From the NCBI GenBank assembly GCA_963728205.1, contig CAVSIV010000006.1, forward strand, positions 672,001 to 736,000: a stretch of DNA of 64,000 nucleotides. The letters are read 5' to 3'. Under the pieces are notes generated by a model. It had not been told where the DNA came from and did not search any database. It saw only the letters and a program-made list of their open reading frames with translations. Shown here in pieces: positions 10,801-18,097 of the stretch. The DNA comes from an uncultured Chloroflexia bacterium. GTDB lineage: Bacteria > Chloroflexota > Dehalococcoidia > UBA2979. The translations under genes and the position numbers were made by a program. The stretch's first letter is position 1; every line of letters begins with the position of its first letter.

Positions 10801-10941
10801 GCGGCGGCCATCAACGAGGCTGGGGCCAAGGTCCCGGCCACGAAGACGCCTGGCCCTCCCACCACGCCCCCACCCGGGACCGATGCCGAGCCACAGCCTG
10901 AGCCCAGGGCGTCGCCGGACGGGCCGGCACCACCCGCGTGA
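7846..10941 (+). CDS. P3A plasma-membrane-type H+-exporting P-type ATPase with C-terminal DUF2934-like motif and low-complexity tail
   Basis: FWGPIPWMIE, LTGES, IPVAMP, DKTGTLT, GDGVNDAP, ALLND; tail IAARAYALYEQRG..GHADEDW..AE. Confidence 0.93.
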   Translation: MAPDADPHKAPESKPAPNAGPADDLKSLPLSEVEKQLGSSPDGLTQAEAEKRLTHYGPNEIAEKKPNPFLKFLTYFWGPIPWMIEAAVILSAAARHWEDFGIILVLLLANAVVGFWEEHQAGNAIDALKAGLAIRARVRRDGKWITPAARELVPGDVIRMRLGDIVPADARLLEGDPVEVDESALTGESLPATRKTGEAVFSGSIIRQGEVSALVYATGTNTFFGETAQLVQGAQTVSHFQQAVLKIGNFLIIFAISLVAVIIAVSIIRGDEILTTLQFALVLTVASIPVAMPTVLSVTMAVGARLLAKKQAIVSRLVAIEELAGVDVLCTDKTGTLTQNKLTLGDPFGVNGLPPEQVVLAAALASRADDNDTIDLAVLSGLKDDQVLTGYQVVQFEPFNPVDKRTEATVTGADGAAFRVTKGAPQVILELSSDVAQVTPAVDQAVNEFATRGFRSLGVARADGDGPWKFVGVLPLFDPPRDDAKATIAAARQMGVTVKMVTGDQMAIAKETAKKVGLGTNILDATGLGDDKHEATAAASDSIEGADGFAQVFPEHKFHIVDVLQQRGHIVGMTGDGVNDAPALKKADCGIAVSGATDAARAAASIVLLTPGLSVIIDAIRESRRIFQRMNSYAIYRIAETLRVLLFMTLAILIFNFYPVTAVMIVMLALLNDGAILSIAYDNVHYKDEPEAWNMRLVLGISTVLGVIGVVAAFGLFLLGERVFHLDHAHIQTLMYLKLSVAGHLTIFLTRTRGPFWSIRPARVLLVAVFGTQAIATLIAVYGLFMTPLGWGGALFVWGYALTWFLFNDRVKLLAYRVLDHPRAPALAGGPPADPTAQIAARAYALYEQRGHREGHADEDWIDAERTARKDAPQPAAGTDVQPAAAAPHEPATTTDVQPDVKPEPQAEAAPDAQPDTKAEPPAAAARVQPDAEAKPPAAAAPDVQPAAGPEPDASDSMTTLLNTSLGELLVAGIVKDPEDAGRVIAAAINEAGAKVPATKTPGPPTTPPPGTDAEPQPEPRASPDGPAPPA

Positions 10942-11229
10942 CGTTGCCCCGCGGGGCCCCGAGGCCGCGTGCTGGAGCGACGCGCTCGGCGACCGCCGAT
11001 CACACCGCATCATGTTGATGGCGGTGTGCGCGTCGCCGGGACGCACGCGCCCCGCGTCGTCGCGCGGTGCCCGGACGGCGGAGACGAGCTGATGGTGGGA
11101 CGGCGGTTCGTTGGGGCGCTTCGAGCCGCTCGTACGCGAACGGCTGCGCGGCCGCCGGGCGCGGTGCGCCCGGTGGCCGCCAGCGTTCCTGCGCTTCGAG
11201 CACCCTCGCGTCGGGGCCGCCCTGGCGCG

Positions 11230-11261
11230 GTGACGGCCCGGTGATGGCCGCGGACTAGCCT
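11230..11261 (+). promoter_or_regulatory. GTGACG-N5-GTGATG repeat followed 9 nt later by TAGCCT (-10-like)
   Basis: Seen upstream of the CsbD-like gene. Confidence 0.45.
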
Positions 11262-11357
11262 GTCCATGTGCGGTTGCGGCGGCGGACGGGTTCAGCGCAG
11301 CCGCACGGCAGGCGGACACGAGCGGCGCCGGGCGTCGCAGGGACTGGAGCACCTCGG

Positions 11358-11702
11358 ATGGCAGGAACGAAGGATCAGATCAAGGGCAAGGCGAACGAGG
11401 CGGTCGGCGCCGCGCGCAAGAAGGCCGGTCAGCTGGTCGGCAACCCGAAGCTGACGGCGAAGGGCACCGGCCAGCAGCGCAAGGGGAAGGCGCAGGGCAT
11501 CGTCGGGAAGGCCAGGGAGAAGCTGTCGGCGGCGGGCGCGGAGGGCCAGATCAAGGGCAAGGCGAACGAGGCGGTCGGCGCCGCGCGCAAGAAGGCCGGT
11601 CAGCTGGTCGGCAACCCGAAGCTGACGGCGAAGGGCACCGGCCAGCAGCGCAAAGGGAAGGTGCAGGGCATCGTCGGGAAGGCCAGGGGGAAGCTGTCCT
11701 GA
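11358..11702 (+). CDS. CsbD-like stress protein, internally duplicated
   Basis: QIKGKANEAVG...GNPKLTAKGTGQQRKGK twice, 171-bp period (11376 and 11547); GGAG RBS. Confidence 0.85.
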   Translation: MAGTKDQIKGKANEAVGAARKKAGQLVGNPKLTAKGTGQQRKGKAQGIVGKAREKLSAAGAEGQIKGKANEAVGAARKKAGQLVGNPKLTAKGTGQQRKGKVQGIVGKARGKLS

Positions 11703-11839
11703 CGGCGATCGCCACGCGCACGGCGCACGCGACGCGAAGGGTCGTCTGACCGCCTTCGTTCCCCTTGCCCTCCATCGTCCCGTGCCGTCCCGGCGGGACG
11801 ACACGCACCACATTCCCCGGGCAGCTCACGCCGGGGGCT

Positions 11840-12331
11840 TCAGTTCGCGCCCATCGCGGACATCTCCGCGGTCACGAATTGGTCGCCGATTCCACGGATC
11901 GCCGACACCGGCACGACCGTGCTCGTCCCGCCGAGACCAAGGACTCCCCCTTCGTGCGCCTCCACCTCGGTGAGCGCACCCGTCTCGTCGTCGATCGTCA
12001 ACGCTCGCACGTCACCCAGGTACTTGGCCTCGCTATTCAGGACTCGAAGACCGACCAGGTCGCTGAGGGCTCGCATGCGATTCAGGCTGCCCTCGGGCGG
12101 CTCTGTCTGGCCGAAGTCAACGTCCGTGACGGTGAGCGCCTCTGCGCCGATGTGCTGAACCGCTCCGAACGGGAGGATGAGACGGGTTCCATCATGCCGG
12201 AGGACGAGTGAGGCGACGCGCAACTGATCGATATCGAACAGCACATCGTCCACGGTCCCGAGCGACGCTCCGCCGCTCATGCTCACCACGGTCCGGTTCT
12301 TCAGCTGGCTGGCGTCCATAGGTATCCCCAT
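11840..12331 (-). CDS. Tandem PRC-barrel domain protein
   Basis: Two copies of 'L.g..V....G..LG.V.D..iD' ending 'vP..AI..IG'; start may be 12319. Confidence 0.85.
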   Translation of the reverse strand: MGIPMDASQLKNRTVVSMSGGASLGTVDDVLFDIDQLRVASLVLRHDGTRLILPFGAVQHIGAEALTVTDVDFGQTEPPEGSLNRMRALSDLVGLRVLNSEAKYLGDVRALTIDDETGALTEVEAHEGGVLGLGGTSTVVPVSAIRGIGDQFVTAEMSAMGAN

Positions 12332-12506
12332 TTCGAGATGATGAGGGCGGGCGATTCTTCCGAGGAATCAACTGCGAAGCGTTGGCGCTTCGCAAGCGAG
12401 GACAGATGGGCTCGATCGATCCCTCAGGCTCACGCTGCGTCGTCGCGGATCGGGCGGCGCTTCGAACGCCGGCCAAGCGCCGCTCCCTGTCGATCGACGT
12501 GTCGTG

Positions 12507-12538
12507 AATGTAGGCGGAGTGTGTCACAGGGCCGTTAC
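12507..12538 (-). promoter_or_regulatory. GTAACG-N5-GTGACA repeat followed 9 nt later by TACATT (-10-like)
   Basis: Minus strand, upstream of the PRC-barrel gene. Confidence 0.5.
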
Positions 12539-12650
12539 CGTGTTCGGACCCCACGCCCTCCGCCGTGCTGATCGACCGGCCGCACCCTGAACGACCGGCT
12601 CCCTGATGGTCCGAGCCGGTCACTCGGCATGCGCACGGCCGCGCCGCGAT

Positions 12651-13712
12651 TCAGGGAAGCGCGACGAGTCCGATCATCCCGATCACGAACAGGACGAGGA
12701 CCGCGAGCGAGTCGACGCCCATGCGCAGGATCTGGCGCCGCGGACGGAACACGAGGCCCGCGACGTAGACGAGCGTGAGCAGCGCACCGAGTGCGGTGAG
12801 GTAGATGTCGGTGGGCTCCGCCGCCGGCAGCACGGCCTTGCCGCTGATCACCGTGACGAGCAGGAACAGCACGGGCAAGAACGCGTTGCCGCCGAAGACG
12901 TCACCCATCGCCAGCTTGTAGTCGCCGGCGCGCGCGGCCGTCAGCCCGGTGGACAGCTCGGGGAGCGACGTGGCGGCCGCCAGCACGGTCGCGCCGAACA
13001 AGACGCCCGACAGCCCCAGGTTCCCGAAGAACACTTCGCCGCTCCTCTCGACGGCGAAGCCGGCGATCAGCGTGAGCAACGCGGCGACGCCGAAGACGCT
13101 GACCGCACGGACGGTGCTGACGTGTCGCCGGGTCGCCTGTTGCTCGTGCGCGGCGCGGTGGTGTCCACGCGGCCGGTCCTGACCGCCGGGCGCCTCACCA
13201 CCCTCAGTCCACGGCAGCCGGCCGCCCGGGCCGCCAATCAGGCCCAAACCGATGAGCCACACGATCGCGATCAGCACGGGTGCCGGCGTGAGCCGGAACG
13301 CGATCAAGTTCGCCGGCAGTTGCGAGCCGGCGATGACCACCATCAGCACGCCCACGACGAGGCACGCTTCCAACACCAGCGTCAGGCTGCCCGCCATGAA
13401 GGTCAGCGGGTTCCGCGTCCGCACGCCAAACGCGTCGACGGCCACGAGCACCAGCGTCTGCATGGCGATGCCGCCAAGCAGGTTCCCGACCGCGATCTCG
13501 ACGTGTCCGGTCACTGCCGCGGTGGTCGTGATCGCGATCTCGGGCAGGTTGGTCGCCAGCGCGAGCAGGATCATCCCACCGAGCGCCGCGCCGAGATGCA
13601 GGCGCTCGGCCAGGACGTCTGTGTAGTTCGACAGCTGGACCCCGGCGCCCCAGATCGCGGCCGCGGATGCGATGAAGACTGCGAGGAGGACCGCGGACGG
13701 CAGGGAAGACAC
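12651..13712 (-). CDS. Na+/Ca2+ exchanger-family (YrbG-like) antiporter
   Basis: Alpha repeats ATNLPE...GNLLGG and ATSLPE...GDVFGGN; about 10 TM segments. Confidence 0.9.
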   Translation of the reverse strand: MSSLPSAVLLAVFIASAAAIWGAGVQLSNYTDVLAERLHLGAALGGMILLALATNLPEIAITTTAAVTGHVEIAVGNLLGGIAMQTLVLVAVDAFGVRTRNPLTFMAGSLTLVLEACLVVGVLMVVIAGSQLPANLIAFRLTPAPVLIAIVWLIGLGLIGGPGGRLPWTEGGEAPGGQDRPRGHHRAAHEQQATRRHVSTVRAVSVFGVAALLTLIAGFAVERSGEVFFGNLGLSGVLFGATVLAAATSLPELSTGLTAARAGDYKLAMGDVFGGNAFLPVLFLLVTVISGKAVLPAAEPTDIYLTALGALLTLVYVAGLVFRPRRQILRMGVDSLAVLVLFVIGMIGLVALP

Positions 13713-13842
13713 GGCGGCCTCTCAGGCGCGCGACACGGGCCGAGCAAGCGCGGCGGCGGCTCCGGCCTGCCGACGCGTGGAGAGACCACGACCTCGTATT
13801 CCCGTCGGCGATCGGGACGCCGTGGTGGTCACGGTGATCCTG

Positions 13843-14106
13843 TTAGATCGTCGGCGGGGCGGATGGGACGCGATCCCTGCGGATCGCGCCGTGCGCCAGC
13901 CCGGCGGTGAACTGCGCCACGTCGTATTCGTAGCCGCAGAGGATGCAGAGGAGGTTCGCGTCGTCACGCATCAGCCTCCCACCACAGCGCGGGCACTCGA
14001 GCCGGCCGGCGCGCGTGCGCGGCATCCCCACCTGCTCGACCTTGCGCGCGACCGCTTCGACCCGCTGGAACAGCGGGGGCGCGTGCTTCGTTGCCGTCGC
14101 GGACAT
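13843..14106 (-). CDS. Small zinc-ribbon protein
   Basis: CPRCGG...CILCGY; AAAGGG RBS before ATG 14106. Confidence 0.6.
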   Translation of the reverse strand: MSATATKHAPPLFQRVEAVARKVEQVGMPRTRAGRLECPRCGGRLMRDDANLLCILCGYEYDVAQFTAGLAHGAIRRDRVPSAPPTI

Positions 14107-14175
14107 GTGTGCCGCCCTTTCGGGAGCCACGGGGACCATGGGGTGGGAGCGGTCGGAGGAGGTTCGCTGTCGCGG

Positions 14176-14192
14176 CGTTACGGCGCCGTCAC
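14176..14192 (-). promoter_or_regulatory. GTGACG-N5-GTAACG direct repeat
   Basis: 70 bp upstream of the Zn-ribbon gene, same strand. Confidence 0.45.
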
Positions 14193-14446
14193 ACAGCCCG
14201 GACGGCAAGAGCATGTGGGTCTGACCGGTCTCGGCCATCATCGAGACGTGCGACGCGATCGGAGCGACGGTTGCCCATGGCGGGCGGTGCCCGCCTGATG
14301 CTGGGCACCCTCCGGGCCTTCGACGGCCCCGACGCGATTCGTTCGCGCGCGTCGGTTATCCACCCGCGGGTCCGTCGCACCGCGGCGCATGGGCAGGTCG
14401 GGCGGCACGAGCCGCGCGCGTACGACAGGTCGACCGGTCGAGGGGC

Positions 14447-14522
14447 TGGCGCGCCGGGCAGGATTCGAACCTGCGACCGGCAGTTCCGAAGACTGCTGCT
14501 CTATCCCCTGAGCTACCGGCGC
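14447..14522 (-). tRNA. tRNA-Arg, anticodon TCG
   Basis: GCGCCGG acceptor stem, D arm AGCTCAGGGGATAGAGC, anticodon arm GCAGT-CTTCGGA-ACTGC, GGTTCGAATCC, encoded CCA; 76 nt. Confidence 0.95.
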
Positions 14523-14581
14523 GCTGCGCTGATCTTGCCAGCAATCGCACCGCCGCGCACGCGCCACCGGACGGAGCCGCC

Positions 14582-14971
14582 ATGCCACGCCTGGTCGTCG
14601 ACGCGATGAACGTGATCGGGGCACGCCCGGACGGGTGGTGGCGCGACCGCGCCGGCGCTGCGCGACGCCTCGTGCGCAACCTCGAGCGGCTGGCCCGCGA
14701 CCGCGACGAGCGCGTCGTCGTCGTGCTCGACGGCCGCCCGCTGCCGGACCTCCCGGAAGGCGAGCGCGGCGACCTGCTCGTCCTCTACGCCGAGCGGCCC
14801 GGCCCGAACGCCGCAGACCGCCGCATCGAGGAGTACGTCGCCGCCGACCCCGACCCCGCGTCGCTGCTCGTCGTGACCTCCGACGCCGACCTCGCGCGCC
14901 GCGTGCGCGCCCTCGGCGCGCGCGTCGAGGGCGCGTCCGCCTGGCGTCGCCGCATCGATGAGGCCGGCTGA
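14582..14971 (+). CDS. NYN/PIN-like (YacP-like) domain protein
   Basis: LVVDAMNVIG..PDGWW, VVLDG, AD..I, VVTSD..L. Confidence 0.8.
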   Translation: MPRLVVDAMNVIGARPDGWWRDRAGAARRLVRNLERLARDRDERVVVVLDGRPLPDLPEGERGDLLVLYAERPGPNAADRRIEEYVAADPDPASLLVVTSDADLARRVRALGARVEGASAWRRRIDEAG

Positions 14972-15014
14972 GGCGAGCGGCGGGCCGACGCCGAGGCGCG
15001 CGGCAGGCCTCAGA

Positions 15015-15170
15015 CCTCGTCGGAAAGTCAAAGCGGCGGCAGAAATGCCGCCGACCGGACGCGGACGCAGTCCGCGGCTGGCGCCGCGCTTCTGTCGGCG
15101 GCATATCTGCCGCCGCTTTGGGTGACGTTCATGCGCGCACGGCGCCCCACCGGGGCATGTCGACTGCCGT
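15015..15170. repeat. REPIN-like element, long subtype
   Basis: GCGGCGGCAGAAATGCCGCCGAC + spacer + GTCGGCGGCATATCTGCCGCCGC with conserved flanks. Confidence 0.9.
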
Positions 15171-15241
15171 GTGCAGCAGCCGCCTCCCTCCCCCCGCGCC
15201 CCGGCGAGCCTGCGTCTCCCAGCGCGCCGTACCCTCATCGC

Positions 15242-15733
15242 ATGCCCGACGTCCGCGACGAAGACCGCGAGCACCTCCGCCGCGCCATGGCGCTCCACAC
15301 GCGCGGCGAGATCGACGCCGCACTCGCCGAGGCGGACGCGGCCGTGGCCGGCTCGCCGGCCTTCGGCGAGGCGCACGCCTACATCGGCAACACGCTCGTC
15401 ACGCGCAAGCGCCGCTTCGCCGACGGCCTCGCCGCGCTCGACCGTGCCGTCGCGACGCTGCCCGCCGACCCCGTCGTCCGCTACACGTCCGGGTGGTGCC
15501 GCGAGTTCGTCGCGAACGAGCTGGCCCGTCCCAAGCGACCGCACCAGCCCGTCGACGCCGACGCCCCCGCGCTCTACGCCGCCGCCCGCGCCGAGTTCCT
15601 CGCCGCGCTCGAGCTCGATCCCGACGACCAGGTCCGCGGCGACATCGAGGACATGCTCGACGTGATCGCCGCCGCCACCGGCGAGCCGTGGGACGAGTCG
15701 CTCGTCGCGCGCGCGAAGCCGCGCGAGCGGTAG
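15242..15733 (+). CDS. TPR-like helical protein
   Basis: A..Y.G / A.....P..P helical-repeat pattern. Confidence 0.65.
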   Translation: MPDVRDEDREHLRRAMALHTRGEIDAALAEADAAVAGSPAFGEAHAYIGNTLVTRKRRFADGLAALDRAVATLPADPVVRYTSGWCREFVANELARPKRPHQPVDADAPALYAAARAEFLAALELDPDDQVRGDIEDMLDVIAAATGEPWDESLVARAKPRER

Positions 15734-15753
15734 CCCCCGGGCGCGCGGCAGAG

Positions 15754-15908
15754 CCTCGTCGGAAAGTCACAGCGGCGGCAGATATGCCGCCGACAGGACG
15801 CGGACGCAGTCCGCGGCTGGCGCCGCGCTTCTGTCGGCGGCATGTCTGCCGCCGCTGTGGGTGACGTTCATGCGCGCACGGCGCCCCCCGGGGCATGCTG
15901 ACTGCCGT
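15754..15908. repeat. REPIN-like element, direct copy of 15015-15170
   Basis: Near-identical over about 155 bp. Confidence 0.9.
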
Positions 15909-15993
15909 CCGCAGTGAGCGCCTCCCGCGCCCACGCGAGCGCCGCGCCCACCGCGCCGCCCGTCGCGCCCGGCGGGCGCGCTATCCTCGCCCC

Positions 15994-16857
15994 ATGCCAC
16001 ACCTCGACCTCGACGACGGCTTCCGCCTCTACTACGAGGTCCACGGCCCCGCACACGGCCCTGCGCTCCTCCTCGCGCACGGCGCCGGCGGGAACGCGCT
16101 CTCGTGGTGGCAGCAGGTCCCCGCCTTCGCCGACCGCTATCGCGTCATCACCTTCGACCACCGCGCCTTCGGCCGCTCGCCTGACCTACACGACGGCCCG
16201 GGCCGCATCGCGTTCGGCACCGACGTGCGCGCGCTGCTCGTCCACCTCGGCATCGAGCGCGTCCACTTCGTCGCCCACTCCATGGGTGGGCGCACCGCCT
16301 TCGGCCTGTTCTCGCGCGCGCCGGAGTTGGTCGCGTCGCTCACCTACTCCGGGACGAACGGCGGCTGCGTCGACGACCGCTATCGCGCGCTGCGCCGGCA
16401 GCTCGAGGACGACGGCCACATGGCCGGCTCGCTGCTCTCGCGCGCCACGCACCACGACTACGCCGACGCCGCGCCCGACATGCACTTCCTCTACCGCCAG
16501 ATCCGCGGCATCAACCCGCGCCGGCCGCGCGACTTCCTCGCGCCGACCGGCCGCATGGTGAACTACCGCGGGTCGACGGCCGGCCGGCTGCGCGACAGCG
16601 GCATTCCCATCCTCTGGGTCGTCGGCGCGCACGACCGCGTGATCCCGCCGCCCCTGATCCGCATCTCGCACGACCTCACGCCGGGCTCGCGCTACGTCGA
16701 GGTCCCCGGCGCCGGCCACTCCGCGTACTTCGAGCGGCCCGATGCGTGGAACGCCGCCGTGCGCGACTTCCTCGACGCCGTCGAAGACGGCCGCGCAATC
16801 GCGCCTGCGGTCGAGCCGCGGGGGAGTGCCCGCGGCTCCGCGTCGCCCGCCCCGTGA
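15994..16857 (+). CDS. Alpha/beta hydrolase
   Basis: HGAGG, DHRAFGRS, AHSMGG, GAHD, GH catalytic triad. Confidence 0.9.
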   Translation: MPHLDLDDGFRLYYEVHGPAHGPALLLAHGAGGNALSWWQQVPAFADRYRVITFDHRAFGRSPDLHDGPGRIAFGTDVRALLVHLGIERVHFVAHSMGGRTAFGLFSRAPELVASLTYSGTNGGCVDDRYRALRRQLEDDGHMAGSLLSRATHHDYADAAPDMHFLYRQIRGINPRRPRDFLAPTGRMVNYRGSTAGRLRDSGIPILWVVGAHDRVIPPPLIRISHDLTPGSRYVEVPGAGHSAYFERPDAWNAAVRDFLDAVEDGRAIAPAVEPRGSARGSASPAP

Positions 16858-17441
16858 CCGCCCGCCCCGCCCTCGACGTCCGCCCCGTCAGGCCCGACCG
16901 CTGGGCCGATCTCGAGCGGCTGTTCGGCCCGAGCGGCGCGTACGGCGGCTGCTGGTGCATGTTCCCGCGCGTCACGGGCCGCGAGCACGCGGCGAACGGC
17001 AACGCCGGCAACCGTGCGGCGATGCGCGCGATCGTCGAGGCCGGCCGCGTGCCGGGCCTCCTCGGCTACCGCGGCGACGCGCCCGTGGGCTGGGTGTCGG
17101 TCGCCCCGCGGCCGGAGTTCGCGCGCGTGACGCGCTCGCCGCTGACGAAGCCGCCGCGCGACGCCGCCGCCGACGGCACGACCTTCGCCGTCGTCTGCTT
17201 CTTCATCGCGCGCGGCCACCGGCGCACCGGCGTCGGGCGCGCGCTGCTGAAGGCGGCGGTCGCGCACGCCGCCGCGCACGGCGCGACGGCGGTCGAGGGC
17301 TACCCCGTCGACGCCGCCGGCGGGCGCATCGCCGAGGCCGCGGGGTGGCACGGCACGCTCGCGATGTTCGAGGCCGCGGGCTTCACGGTCGTCGAACGGC
17401 GCGCCCCCGCGCGCCCGATCGTGCGCCGCGCGACCGGGTGA
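16854..17441 (+). CDS. GNAT acetyltransferase
   Basis: GCWC, CFFI..RRTGVGRALL, EGYP, FEAAGF; GTGA overlap with upstream stop. Confidence 0.88.
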   Translation: MTARPALDVRPVRPDRWADLERLFGPSGAYGGCWCMFPRVTGREHAANGNAGNRAAMRAIVEAGRVPGLLGYRGDAPVGWVSVAPRPEFARVTRSPLTKPPRDAAADGTTFAVVCFFIARGHRRTGVGRALLKAAVAHAAAHGATAVEGYPVDAAGGRIAEAAGWHGTLAMFEAAGFTVVERRAPARPIVRRATG

Positions 17442-17455
17442 CGCGCGCGACCTGC

Positions 17456-17542
17456 TGGCGGCGTGTCTGACGCCGCTACACCTGCCGGCCGCCGCTACGC
17501 TCGCGGACGGCAACCCACGGCGGCGGCAGACGCGCCGCCGAC
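17456..17542. repeat. Degenerate REP halves
   Basis: ggcggcgtgtctgacgccgc and gcggcggcagacgcgccgccgac between convergent genes. Confidence 0.55.
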
Positions 17543-17585
17543 GGCCGCCGCGCGACAGCGCGGAATCCCCGCTCCCCGCGCGTCG

Positions 17586-17867
17586 CTACGCCCGCGCGTT
17601 GATCTCCTTCGCCAGGTCGAAGTCCTGCTGCGTGATCCCGCCCGCGTCGTGCGTCGACAGCGCGATGCCGACCCTGTTGTAGACGTTCGACAGGTTCGGG
17701 TGATGGTTCGCCCGCTCGGCCAGCACGCCGACCTGCGCGATGAACCCCAGCGCCCCGACGAAGTCGTCGAACTCGAAGTCGCGCGCGATCGCGTCGCCGT
17801 CGCGCCGCCAGCCGGGCACGCCGTTGAGCGCGTCGCGGACCTGGTCGTCGGTCATCTTCTCGGCCAT
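17586..17867 (-). CDS. phhB: Pterin-4a-carbinolamine dehydratase
   Basis: AERANHHP, LSTHDAGGIT..DF.LA. Confidence 0.92.
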   Translation of the reverse strand: MAEKMTDDQVRDALNGVPGWRRDGDAIARDFEFDDFVGALGFIAQVGVLAERANHHPNLSNVYNRVGIALSTHDAGGITQQDFDLAKEINARA

Positions 17868-17915
17868 GGGTGTGTCCTCCTCGTGCACCTTCGAGGCTAC
17901 CGCCCGCTGGCGCGC

Positions 17916-17997
17916 GTCAAGCGGCGGCAGCATGCCGCCGATGCCAGCGCGGCCCCGGGGCCGCGGGAGTATCGGCGGCATGCTGCCGCCGCTTGAC
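17916..17997. repeat. REPIN-like element (CAGCATG subtype)
   Basis: gtcaagcggcggcagcatgccgccgat ... atcggcggcatgctgccgccgcttgac. Confidence 0.9.
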
Positions 17998-18097
17998 TCA
18001 CATCACCGGTTGCCACGCGCACTCCCCGCGGGCCCGCCGCGCGCTCAGACGGTAACCTCGTAAGCGAGCGGGACGCGACGCGGGAGGGACTGCGGCG

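Noticed and set aside
14200-14446. Integrase or att duplicate beside the tRNA
   Set aside because: No recombinase motifs and no repeat of the tRNA 3' end seen in the window
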